Positions 43,858 to 54,921 of a DNA stretch of 64,000 bases are shown here, one piece after another. Location of the stretch: NCBI GenBank assembly GCA_009859145.1, contig VRVR01000027.1:131409-195408 (forward strand), read 5' to 3'. The DNA is from Andalucia godoyi And28. Its lineage: Eukaryota; Protista; Jakobida. Numbering within the stretch: position 1 is the first letter of the stretch; every line of letters begins with the position of its first letter. The translations under genes and the position numbers were made by a program. The notes beneath the pieces were generated by a model. The model was not told where the DNA came from, ran no database searches, and saw only the letters and a program-made list of their open reading frames with translations.

Positions 43858-45731
43858 TATGGAGTCAGCATCGGAAGACACAAAGAGCACTGCGCCACGC
43901 GACGCTTCGACAAGCAAGATGAAAGAATTCTCTCGCTTGGCCATTCCAAGCTGATTTCCGAATTGCAGGCCTTCCGGGAGCGATTGGCACATCTCGAATC
44001 GATGGAACGAGAAAGATTGCAAGCAACGGAGTTGTTTCGATTGGCGGTGGAAGCCAGCCCCACTGCGCTGCTCATGGTCGAGGGCGGTCCTAACGGGATC
44101 ATTCGCTTGGCTAACCGCGGCGCGGAGACTCTTTTTGGATACTCCAGCGAGCAGCTGGTTGGCAAGAGGATTGAAATGCTCGTTCCGGATCAAATTTCCA
44201 AGGCTCACCCGTCATTTCGTGCCGAATTTGCAAAGGATCCCAAAGCGAGGTCTATGGGAACTGGACTCGATCTGGTGGCGAAGCGATCGGATGACAGGGA
44301 GATTCCGGTTGAGATCGGCCGTAATCCGATCGAAACCGCCGAGGGGTTGATTGTGTTGGCGTCTGTGATTGACATTTCGGAGCGAAAGCGGATGCAGGAG
44401 GAGCGACAACGGGCGCTTGAAGCTGGGTTGCAAGCACATCTTGCGAAAACACGGGAACGTCTTCGGGCCGAGTTCCTGGCGAGCATGTCGCACGAGCTGC
44501 GCACCCAAGCAAACGCGATTATCGGAATGACGGATCTTCTGAGCGACACCGAATTGTCTGTGCAGCAGCGGGATTTTGCCAAACAATTTCTGTAGCAGAG
44601 CAGACGCTGGTTTCAACGATCAACGACATTCTTGATTTTTCAAAACTAGAAGCCGGTAAGATGGCGATCGAGCATGTCAGTTTCGATTTGGAAGTCCTTC
44701 TTCATGATTGCTTTGCGATGATGGCTCCCAAGGCACAGAAAAAGGGTCTTGGGCTGTCTCTCGTCATCCACGGCCCGATGCCAGTCGTTGTTCATTCCGA
44801 TCGCAATCGTCTTCGCCAAGTTGTCCTCAATTTGTTGAGCGACGCAGTGAAGTTTACGGAAACTGGCGGCGTCCTTTTAGAACTGCAGAATTTGTTGATG
44901 CAGGCGAATGGCACCAGAGATGTCGATTACTGGGACATCCGTATTGTCGTGTCAGACACCGGAATTGGAATTACGGAGGATGTACGACGGCAGCTCTTCC
45001 AACCTTTTATGCAAGGAGACTCGAGTACGACGCGCAAGTATGGTGGAACAGGCCTCGGGCTTGCCATTTCAAAGCAAATCATGAATGCTATGGACGGTTT
45101 CATCACAATTGAGAGCAACGATGGCCGAGGATCGCGATTTCAAATCCGTCTTTAGCTGGAGCGGTGCATGGAAGAAACATCGTCTCCTTGCGATCCAACG
45201 GTTTCCAAGACTGGGAAAAGCGTTTTGATTGTAGATTCATGTGATGTTGACAGAAACGCTGTTATGAAGCAGTGCCGTACGTGGGGCATGACGACCGCCA
45301 CCGCAAGGTCCTTCGCAGAGGCATTGGAGTTTTCCACACAACCGAATGCACGATGCGATTTTCTGGTCGTCGGATTGCACGACGACAATGTGGATGCATC
45401 TGCGGAATATGTTTCGAGGATGACCAATGCTCTGTGTTGCAATGTGTTGTGGCTGCTTTCTCTGGATATAAGTTCGTCTCACCTCGTCTTGGGTCCTGGG
45501 CGCTTGGCTCTCTCCAAACCGGCGAGTCCGTCACATCTTCTGGACGCGCTGCTTTTGCTTGGCAACGATCGTCTTTCACGGACTCTGGCAACGCGGCTTG
45601 CGCCTCCTTCTGTTTCTGCATTTTATTTTCTCTCCTCATTTTATTTATTTACCCAAGAATCGTTTACAACTACAACGTATGAGTATCGTGGATCCTTCCG
45701 ATTAAGGACAGAGACTGCTGGCAGGTCATGA
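43858..45731 (+). pseudogene. Hybrid sensor histidine kinase (PAS-HisKA-HATPase-degenerate receiver), disrupted
   Basis: PAS ([12 protein letters not shown]), H-box MSHELRT, N-box RLRQVVLNLLSD, G1 SDTGIG, F/G2 FQPFMQ..GGTGLGL. Frameshift at 44581-44583, in-frame TAG 45153-45155, receiver lacking its phospho-Asp. Confidence 0.85.
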
Positions 45732-45781
45732 TCCAGGGATCTGCTTGCGGCTAAACAGAATGTTCGCATGATTGCCTTCTG

Positions 45782-47305
45782 ATGAAGGCTGATGAAAACG
45801 CAAAAGAAGTTTCGGAACGCCATCGAAGCTGGTTCGCGTGTGTGGAGGGAATTTTGAAAGCTTTTGCTCCTCTTGCGTGTCGCTCCATTCAGTTCCACTT
45901 TCCAGTATTCCACTTAGACTTCACTAGTTTTCGCACTTATTCTGAGGCGCGTTCGTCATTCCTCATTTCGCTTGCAAATTTTGTCCGTCAAATCTCCGTC
46001 GATCACAAAATTTCTTTCGGTCTCATGGATCAGCGAGAGATCTTGGTAACTCAACGAATTGGTAGTGTGTGCTCAGAGTGGCAGCAAATGATTGGCGTCA
46101 AGTCAGCTACAGTTTGTAAGATGGCTTGTGAATTTAAACACAATCATCCCAAATCTTACGTCGAGTGGACGCACCCTTCTCTCAATTCGCCGGATATTAT
46201 AGCCATCGAACAACGAAAGAATCTGTCTCTTTTCAAGAAAGAGAGTGAGGATCTCAAGTGCGTTGCCTGGGATGAAGCTGATACTCAGCGTCAAGAGTTG
46301 GTTGGGTCGCTTCCAATCTGTTCACCACCTTCCGTTCGCAATCTTGTTTCATACGACAGTGTTGTTCTAGATCGCCCCTCCAAGCGGGTTGCGCTCAATG
46401 AATCGGCGAGGCCCTGGTTCACAAAGTGGTTTGGTGATTTCGCAACCCTTATTGATGGAGATGGCGAAGGAATCACTGTTGGCATTGTTGATAGTGGTTG
46501 CGATCTTCATCAGTTCCAAGATGTGAATTCGTCTCCTGGTACTATTTCTGGAAAGTCCTTTGTCAACGATGCATGGTTTATCGATGTAGTCGGTCACGGT
46601 ACTCATGTAGCCGGGATCATTTGGCAGGTTGCTCCAAAATGCAACTTGCTCATTGCCCAGACACTGGACAGACATGGTGAAGGACCTCTTCATGCTACTG
46701 CAAAAGCAATCGACTGGTGTGTGAAGGGAAACGCGAAAATCATCAATCTCAGTTTGGGGGCGAGCGAGTACAATCATGCTCTCACCAAGGCAATCAACAG
46801 AGCAGTCAACAAGGGTGTCATCATTGTTGCGGCTGCCAGCAACGATGGTAATGGATTGCATAATGCTGTTTCTTACCCAGCTCGCTTAGGAAACGTGTTG
46901 TCTGTGGGCAGTTGTGGTGAAAAAGGACAAGCATCCTCCTTCTGTTCTGTTGGTAGAGAGGTAGACTTTTTATTACCCGGCGAGGATATATTGTCCTACA
47001 AATCTGTGACTAAGGAAGCAGATTGTGGACAAATGATTGAACATAGCGGCACTTCCATGGCAACTCCTTTTTTGTCTGGGATTATTGCCTGCATTCTTTG
47101 CAAGAAGCGTGGCTCGAGCGCAACTGTTTCCGCAGAACATTATTTTTGCGCGAACTTGCGTGAACTCTTGAGACAATATGCTGATGGCCCTCACTCTGCA
47201 GATCGTGGATATGGTGTGTTGCGATATGAAAAGTTTGGAGACAACACTGCAACCGCAGTTGCGCGTTTGAATACTTTTATTGATCAATACATCTTTCCTG
47301 AATAA
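45782..47305 (+). CDS. Subtilisin-like serine protease (S8), no signal peptide, with a ~220-aa N-terminal extension
   Basis: Catalytic triad motifs GIVDSG, GHGTHVAG, SGTSMATP and oxyanion-hole AAASN; intronless. Confidence 0.92.
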   Translation: MKADENAKEVSERHRSWFACVEGILKAFAPLACRSIQFHFPVFHLDFTSFRTYSEARSSFLISLANFVRQISVDHKISFGLMDQREILVTQRIGSVCSEWQQMIGVKSATVCKMACEFKHNHPKSYVEWTHPSLNSPDIIAIEQRKNLSLFKKESEDLKCVAWDEADTQRQELVGSLPICSPPSVRNLVSYDSVVLDRPSKRVALNESARPWFTKWFGDFATLIDGDGEGITVGIVDSGCDLHQFQDVNSSPGTISGKSFVNDAWFIDVVGHGTHVAGIIWQVAPKCNLLIAQTLDRHGEGPLHATAKAIDWCVKGNAKIINLSLGASEYNHALTKAINRAVNKGVIIVAAASNDGNGLHNAVSYPARLGNVLSVGSCGEKGQASSFCSVGREVDFLLPGEDILSYKSVTKEADCGQMIEHSGTSMATPFLSGIIACILCKKRGSSATVSAEHYFCANLRELLRQYADGPHSADRGYGVLRYEKFGDNTATAVARLNTFIDQYIFPE

Positions 47306-48410
47306 GTAGTTCGCTCGGTGTGTGCTTTCTCTCTCACATCCTCTGAAGAGTGACGAAAACCTCGTGCCAGTGATATTGAAATCCAAATCTGCAAACCTTG
47401 CAGCACTCGAGGAGAAGAACGCATTTCTACTGTCGCAGAACCATTTCGGTCGTTTCAGAATGATAGACAGTTCCCCCCGAACTTGTTTCGACACTTTTCA
47501 GATTCTTGTTCGCAGGCCGAAATCATGATTCATAGCGTTCGTATAAGATAGAACATTACATAGATTGCCAGTGATCCTTGTAACATACTGCCCTGTTAAT
47601 GGTACAAGATGATTCATTTCAACGAGAAACGTATTTTCAGATAACAGTTGTAGCATGAAAAAACCGATGATTCGCGTACTTCGCTTTCGTTTTCGCCATA
47701 TTCGAAGTCATTATGCATTCGAATAAATACGAGAAACATCAAAATTAATGGAAAACGAATACTCGAGCAGCATGTCTTGACTCTTGATAGACAGTGCAAT
47801 CTCAAGAACGACAGACGGCGTGAACTGGAAGTTTGAAACAAGTCTGAGATCATTTGACAAGAAAGAAAACTCTTTGCTTTGAATGAACAAAGCCCCACTT
47901 CCTTTTTCATGACTCTTCGCCTTTAATGAACATTCTATTTTGCTCAATGTTGATTTATGTTTCTGAACATTGAGGACCGATTGAAGAGGCCATTTACTGA
48001 ATTCGTCAATAAAGAAATCGCGCGGGGAATTTACAAAACAAGAATGTAACGGTAATTATCGACAAGAAATGGAATTCCGGTCAAATTCCATCTTGGATCC
48101 GTGAATTTGAAACGCACCCCCGAAGGCTGTCAACCACGTCAATCACAACTTTTTCATGAGGCGACAGAGCAGTCGACCGAAGACTATGCGTGCAGTTCGG
48201 AGTACGCCAACCCATGCTGACAGGTTCAAGTTTCCGACTGCCTCATTGTCGTAGCAAGACCGGCAAGCACCTCTTCTTGTCGGCTGCAAGGCGAAGGACC
48301 CCCTTCGTCGATTCGTGAGAAAACCCAGTTCAAAAGGCACGCCTTTGTCGGATGCCGTCTATATATTTTTTCTTGACGGAAAAAAAATACGATTTTAACG
48401 GAGGAAAAAA

Positions 48411-49610
48411 ATGGCTGTTACATGCGAAAGTCCATTTTATATGCCAACTGTCAATTATGAGGAAAGAACCGTGCTTACTGACGAGTTGCGTCGTGTACTA
48501 GAGGGAAAGGAAGAAGATGGGGAAACATCAGTCGTTCTTGACGATTACGTCAAGCACAATGTTGCGAGCCTCATCTTTGATGTTCAATATATTGAACAAC
48601 AAAAAGAGATAAGAAAGAAAGAAGACAGTAATCGCGATCTTCTAGAAACGACTTTATTGTCGAAAACCAACAAAGTTCGTCAGTTGATCAATGTCTGCCA
48701 AAAACTGGATGAGTGGATGTCGCATAGTGATGCATCGATGTACGAGGCACAGCGTTGCCGATATTATGTCATATTATATACATTTTTCGATCATCTGGAC
48801 AATTGCGATGAAGAAATGAAATGCGAGTTTTACAAGTGGGCGTCTGAGGAACTGCTGTCCATAGCGGAGCATGTCCGCAAAACGTCCAGATCGACGGACG
48901 ATCCGATTCTTTCGCATCGTTGTTTTGTGCTTTGCGCAAATGCTCTTTCCATTCTTGCATGTGTCCGTGTAAGACATAACGATCAGACATGGCTGGCTGC
49001 TGGTCTTGAAGCAGGTCGATACTTTGATCTTACCGTCGCGAACGGTAACTCTCGACGGCTTTATGCTCTACTTCAAAAGGGTCGTGCAATGTTGCGCATT
49101 GCTCGAGCAGCAGATGACTCGCATGGTAGTTTCGAAAACATCTCGGATTTCTTGGACTTTTCGACAGCCGCATTTGCAGAGGCCGAAAAGATCGACATAA
49201 TTCAATGCATTTCGCAAAACATACACTGGGACAGTCTTTTCCATGCTTGGATCGAGTCTTCACTTTGGGTGCTGAAGATGGATAAGCCTTCTCCGGACAT
49301 GTATTTTGCCCGTCTAGAAGAGCTGAAAGATTGGACTTCAAAGCTGGCGGAGTTCAGAAGTTCTTCTGGTGATTTCTGTCACATATTTTATGCCAGTTTG
49401 GTTCTGCAAACCGTGGAAGTGTTTCAAAAGATTCGATTTCGAAGAGTCTCGTACCAAGACGGCGTTAAAGAACTTGTCGACTCGCGTATTTCAACAATCG
49501 CCGAGCCGCTTGTGGAGTTGGAGCGGCAGTACGGAGATCTTCTTGTCGATTCGCAGTTCCTTCTTACGGTGGATCTTTCTCTTCGCGCCCGTCTGCCTCT
49601 TAAATGTTAG
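48411..49610 (+). CDS. Hypothetical alpha-helical protein (399 aa)
   Basis: ATG preceded by an A-rich context; long intronless ORF; no motif recognised. Confidence 0.65.
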   Translation: MAVTCESPFYMPTVNYEERTVLTDELRRVLEGKEEDGETSVVLDDYVKHNVASLIFDVQYIEQQKEIRKKEDSNRDLLETTLLSKTNKVRQLINVCQKLDEWMSHSDASMYEAQRCRYYVILYTFFDHLDNCDEEMKCEFYKWASEELLSIAEHVRKTSRSTDDPILSHRCFVLCANALSILACVRVRHNDQTWLAAGLEAGRYFDLTVANGNSRRLYALLQKGRAMLRIARAADDSHGSFENISDFLDFSTAAFAEAEKIDIIQCISQNIHWDSLFHAWIESSLWVLKMDKPSPDMYFARLEELKDWTSKLAEFRSSSGDFCHIFYASLVLQTVEVFQKIRFRRVSYQDGVKELVDSRISTIAEPLVELERQYGDLLVDSQFLLTVDLSLRARLPLKC

Positions 49611-49632
49611 ACCTTTCATGCATAAATCCTAT

Positions 49633-50346
49633 TTATTTCACAATGTTGCTTAAAATAATGTTTTTCGAAAAGTTGGGAAGGTTCACCAGAACATTCGTCA
49701 GCAATGCATTCCAAGAACTTCCGTTGACGACAAAAATTTCCGAGTTAGACCTGGTAACCAACATAGCCAAAAGACTGGTATTCGCTGTGTACAAACACAT
49801 GAACTGACAAGACTGAGACCTGGGAGTCCTACTCGAGGGCCGAGCGTGTCTTTCTCCATCCAAATTCATTGATTGATCTGGCTGGGCACTACTGGAGCAT
49901 AAGACGAACTCTCTATTATTGTTCACCATAATAAGCACTCTATCAGTTTTGATTGGTCTCCACCACAAAACAGGATACCACACTACAACGCCTTGTTCAG
50001 GGAACGCGATCGTTTGAGACGGTGGAATTTGCAAGAAAGTATCTCGCCAAGTTATTTGGAGAGATTCAAATTCTGATTGGGGTACGACGCCCACAACGCG
50101 AACATCTCTGTATGGTGCATCCCCGCAGAACGAAAACCAGAAGCCAGGGGATCTACTCACACATACATATTGCACTTTAGAGTTGTAATAATAATAGCAG
50201 CAGACCACGACGGCTTCTCGATCATTAGTTGCAGAATGCCAGTCTTCCCTAAACAAATTGACCAATACTTCTGGATAGTCTCCGTTGCTTCCATCATCTA
50301 TACGGAGAATACTTCCTGTGCGGGCCTGGAACACGTTCCTCATCAC
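49633..50346 (-). CDS. Hypothetical beta-rich protein; its 5' part may lie beyond the transposon
   Basis: 237-codon ORF. A GTATGT donor at 50372 and AG at 50339-50340 would link it in frame to an exon spanning the transposon target site. Confidence 0.4.
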   Translation of the reverse strand: MMRNVFQARTGSILRIDDGSNGDYPEVLVNLFREDWHSATNDREAVVVCCYYYYNSKVQYVCVSRSPGFWFSFCGDAPYRDVRVVGVVPQSEFESLQITWRDTFLQIPPSQTIAFPEQGVVVWYPVLWWRPIKTDRVLIMVNNNREFVLCSSSAQPDQSMNLDGERHARPSSRTPRSQSCQFMCLYTANTSLLAMLVTRSNSEIFVVNGSSWNALLTNVLVNLPNFSKNIILSNIVK

Positions 50347-50408
50347 GTGTCAAAAACAACAGCTCAACATACACCAACGAAAATTCTCGAAAGACGGAAT
50401 GGAAAAGA

Positions 50409-50509
50409 ATAAATATCAATTGATCTAACGTTTAAACGTCGAACGTTAGATCAAATTTTAAAATTTTAAAAACTCAAAAAACCCTAAATCCTGCCCCACC
50501 CCGCGCTCT
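50409..50509. repeat. Terminal inverted repeat of the MULE (low-coordinate end)
   Basis: Base-by-base reverse complement of 54387-54487, including homopolymer lengths. Confidence 0.97.
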
Positions 50510-50604
50510 CAACATCCCAGAAGACCGTTCCAGTCCTTTCTGAATCTTCTTCTTGATGGATGGTTTGTTTTCGTTTATCTGTTTTGCGTACATCTGTGTA
50601 GAGT

Positions 50605-53600
50605 TCATGGCAAGTCGTTGATCCAGCATTCGTCGAGAATCATTCTTCGACTGGCAACCAGCAGGATTGCCGCATGTGCTGATGTCATGCTTGGATAAGT
50701 TCCCTGGAGTAATCCGCACAGCGTGGCTTCTGAGACGGCTGTGTTTTTCAAACAGCTGTCAATGACGGAGAGATCCAATGCCATTTGCTTTTGAGTCAGG
50801 TGATTCCGCTTCTTCCAGACTTTTGTGGCGTTTTGCAGTTTCGAGAAGAATGCTGTGGCTTCGCGACTACTCCGAAAGAGTGACGCTTCTTGCTCGATTG
50901 CGAATGTTCTTGCCTCTCGCTCCGTCGGTTGCAGATCATCGATTTGACATTCTTTCCACTTGCGGATATGCGCCATCATCTTATCCGCACTGGCTTGCAC
51001 GGCCACGTCTTTCCCCGCGCCTTTCCGTCCCGGCTGTGTCTGGTGCGTGTCCTCCGCTTGCGTGATTGCACGGTCGCTAACTTCTTCCACGCGAATTCCG
51101 CTTGGACCTGCTGATACAGGGCGCCCTCCTGCATTCCTCATTTGCTTGTCCGCTGAGCATTGGAATTGTGTGGCTTGCGTATGCAGTCGCGAATATTGGG
51201 CCCCATCTCGGCTTATTTCATGCATTTCGTGCGCCTCTCGCATGGTTCGCGCCACCGTGTCAAACATGATCGGGATGTGGTGACAAAGAGCGTTGACAAC
51301 ATTCAATTTGCGTGTGGTGATCGTCATTCCTTCTTTTGCCATATCCACTTTCACGGTCCGGATCGATCCTTCACATCGCTGATTTGTATCATCATTTTTC
51401 GACTCTTGATGTTCATTTGCCGCAGTGTAGAACGAACGGGCAACAAAAGGCAGAAGTTTGAGCCACTGCCGTTTGAAGTAGTCGTGTATCCCTTCGTTTT
51501 GCGCAAATGGATTTGCAAGTGGAGAAGCAATACGGGTCCTCCATCCCATAGTTGGACAGTGCAGTACCCAGCTTCCGTCTTTGCCGTTTTTCACTCGGAA
51601 TACGATCTTTGTTCCGTACTTGCCCTGAAAAACGTAGACGACATCCACTCCATCGACAGGATCTTGTTCCGAGAAGAGCCCTACATGCGAGTCACAGGGT
51701 GCGTGAACAATCCTTTCTCCCCGCATTTGTGCTGTGCGCTCCAGCATTCCGTTTAGCGGCTGTTCGTCTTCGAATTCTTCATCGCAAAGAGACTCCTCTT
51801 CTCCCGGATGTTGCCGTTTCCGACTGCCACTCTGTCGTGAATTCCCGTCATTCTGTGCGTCCAGTCGAAAGTTGCCGTCAAGGGGTCCCTGGGGTGGAAC
51901 GGAGTCATGCGCTTGTGATCTGTTTCTATTCCAAAACCTTCTTTCAGCACGTCTATATGAGTGCTTCCGAGCTTCAACAGGTCGTTGAGTGATGGGGCCC
52001 TCGTGAGGAGGAGCAAAATCTCGAATGAATCGATTGCTGCTTGAGGCGTCGACGCAAAACGCACCATCTGGAACATGCTGTAGAGCGCTTGCTCAGCATC
52101 TTGGGGAATCTGTTTGATTTCACACAGCCTTTTTAGTGCTGATTTCACTGCGCGATGTGCATGCGCCCTGCAGATGCAGATATCGAGAAGCAGTTCGCCG
52201 TGCGGCGCGATGGGAGCGACCAAAGACCATCCAACGAGGGAGTGAATCACTCCGGAAGACACCAGCTTGTGCATCATGTATGATTGGAGGCCCAATCCAC
52301 CGTTCAAGTGCAAACCAACATGCAAGAAGTTGAGGGCTGCATCTTGGACCCAGCGTGGTCGGGGGGTTCCCGAATCCTTGCCGCATGAGTTCCAAAACGC
52401 AATTCTTTCGTCCTTCGACTTCTTCAATGACTCCGTCAGGTCATTCAGCGTTGTTCGATTCAAACAGCCTTCGATGTGGAACGTCAAGGATTCGGCAGTA
52501 TGTGATGCCGTCAAGAACATAGCGATAGGCAATGCAGTAGATCTACCCGTTGCAGTGTTCCCATTTGTATCCCTTGTGAGTGCAGGTGTGAACAAGAAGT
52601 ACGCATACACCCGCTTCCCGCTGGCAACTGTGACTCCCAGTCCAGTGCTGTCAGCGTTAATCGTTGGGGCTCGATCTCGGGCGCCCGGTCTAAGGTGCAG
52701 AAGTGCGAGCGAGTCTCTGAAAGAGCATCCTATTCCCCAGTTTTCGGGTCCCCCACCGACATACAGGTGATGAACGATTCGAGGCCTTCGCAGAGTTTTT
52801 TCGAAGTATTCTCGGATTTGCGCTGGCACTGTTGTGAAGATGTCAATGTCGCTTTCCTTTTGCACGAAACCATTGTCCTTCCGCTCTGCATATCTGGCCG
52901 AGGCAAATGCCTGGATATTTGGGTTGAGCGAATTATTTCCGCAAATGACGTTTGCCAGGAAATATGTCGTTGATCTCGACAGACCTTGGTAGACCAGGGA
53001 TCTGGAGGGAGGGACCACGTAATCTCTGAAGCGTTTGCATCGAAACTCACCAACCCGCAGACGTGCGGGATGCTCACAAGTTCCGACAATCGCGCGATCA
53101 TCGGGTGTCAAGTCGTCATGCAGCTTTCTGCGAATTGCTGTTGGGACGACTCCCGGCGGAAATTCCGCATGTCCTTCTGTCGCTTGGAACAAGATCGGCA
53201 CGCGCTCTGAACTGCCAGAGTGCGGGTCGTCGAACATGACTCTGAAGCGAGTTCCGCACTTCTTACATTCCACGGGTTCCTTCAGTCCGTTCGGAAGCTC
53301 GCGGACAGTGTGTCCGCTCGCTCCTGTGTGGCACGCGAAGGAGCACCGGCCTCCAAACGTTGCGTTTCCCGTGGTTGCACTCACAGAAGCCCGGAACGGA
53401 AAGGAACATTTCAGCAAAGCAGGAAAACATTGGTCGTCTTGCTGTGACAACCAAGCATCAAACCTCATGGGAGTGGCGCCTCTCGTCCAGCTTGCTTCGA
53501 CGTACTCTTGGAAACCGTGGAGAATTTCGCCTTGCCACATGTCGATGACGCCGCCGAGTGTGACTCGTGCCTGCTCGGTCACACGCTTGACGGCCTTGCC

Positions 53601-54107
53601 ATTGGTTGCGGTTTCCACGGTTTCCATCGTGTCCGTGACCAGTTTTAGGTGTTCTCGACGCACCAAGATGCGAAAGAACTTTGGAATCTTAACAGTGAAG
53701 TACTCGATTTCGTGCGTCAGGGCATATGATTCCTTGACACGCACAATGCCCAACAAGTCAGCGAACATGTCCACATCATGGCGCAGCGTTGAGAACAAGG
53801 CATCCAACTGGCGGTTGCGGTCTTGATCCTCCTCTGTCGTCAGTTCTTGAGCAGGCTGACCGGCAGACGCAAGGAAGCGCACCGGAGGGCCCTCGGGAAC
53901 TCCCACCGATGCCTGCGGAAATGATTTGTTCTGTTCAGCGAGATTTGCGAGCAGATTTTCGAACTCTTCATCGGAAGAATAGGGAGATGGGACTCGGTTT
54001 CCTGGACGAGCGGCGTCTTCGTGGGACGAGGAGGATGGCGAGCAACCGCGGAGACGCAGGGCTTGAGTTGACTGATTGGTATCATGATGTTCAGGCAGAA
54101 CGGACAT
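50605..54107 (-). CDS. MULE/Mutator-family transposase, split by a single frameshift in the 51753-52119 overlap
   Basis: Zn-finger-like CKKC..H; putative catalytic INADSTG and WVQDAA; CRAH (CxxH); YFKRQW; TNQRCEGSIRTVK (catalytic Glu). Probable ATG 54107. Two frames overlap between ORFs 51753..54251 and 50605..51747. Confidence 0.85.
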
Positions 54108-54386
54108 TTGCAGGATTAACGCGGAATAAACAGATACTTCGAAGAAGATGTTGTTGTTGAAAGAGAAAAAAGTTAGAAAGGGAAAACAGCAAAAGTGAAC
54201 GAATGTGGAAAAAAGTTGGCTTGACAAGCAGAGAAAGTGACATCGTCCCACGTTGCCCCATGACCAGCTCTGACATTCAAAAATCCATGAAGGCGGGAAC
54301 CTCTGGCGGGCGCGGGGCCGCCGGCGGGAGTCCTATTATGTCTCCGGAGAGGAAACAGGGATGAAGCGCTCGTAGGATCTTGTCTA

Positions 54387-54487
54387 AGAGCGCGGGGTGG
54401 GGCAGGATTTAGGGTTTTTTGAGTTTTTAAAATTTTAAAATTTGATCTAACGTTCGACGTTTAAACGTTAGATCAATTGATATTTAT
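54387..54487. repeat. Terminal inverted repeat of the MULE (high-coordinate end)
   Basis: Reverse complement of 50409-50509; followed by the TSD. Confidence 0.97.
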
Positions 54488-54921
54488 TGGAAAAGAGCAG
54501 TGAATTTTGAAAGATTTGAAAATTCCTAATTGGCTTTACAGCTGCTGATGAATGACGAAAGGCTTCCTTCTCACTTTCGAGAAGATGCTGCTACTGGAGG
54601 GTAGTAGTCTGCTACCGACAAGTGAGGATCCAACGTAGTGAAAAGTCGCGCAAACAACAGCTTGCACATTCGTCAGAGAATTGTTGTGGGATCACTATCG
54701 ACAACACTCGTCCTGGCTGTGCAAAGAGAAATCCACAAACAGCTGGGAAATGATACTGCAAAGCAGCTGTAGATCAACTCCTTGACAGGAAGACACGCGG
54801 TCGTGACTCGTGAGTCGCGACTTGTGCCATGCTCCATTTCTGTTCCCGGTTTTGCTTTTCACTTCATGGTTCGACTGACCGTCCATGACTCCATTATTTT
54901 TAGTTTCCTAAGCGTCACTTC

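Larger units (their letters stand above)
50409..54487 (-). mobile_element. Mutator-like (MULE) DNA transposon, 4079 bp
   Basis: Identical 101-bp TIRs (50409-50509 and 54387-54487); 9-bp TSD TGGAAAAGA at 50400-50408 and 54488-54496; internal DDE transposase. Confidence 0.93.

Noticed and set aside
45600-45790. Spliced fusion of the histidine kinase to the subtilase
   Set aside because: A pyrimidine tract and AG are present, but no convincing donor giving an open in-phase join was found.
43675-47305. Bacterial contaminant or chimeric contig
   Set aside because: The flanks are contiguous with eukaryotic genes, there is no operon or RBS pattern, and the kinase is decayed; a read-coverage check would settle it.
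50482-50488. Telomere-like CCCTAAA/TTTAGGG within the TIRs
   Set aside because: One copy per TIR; not an array.
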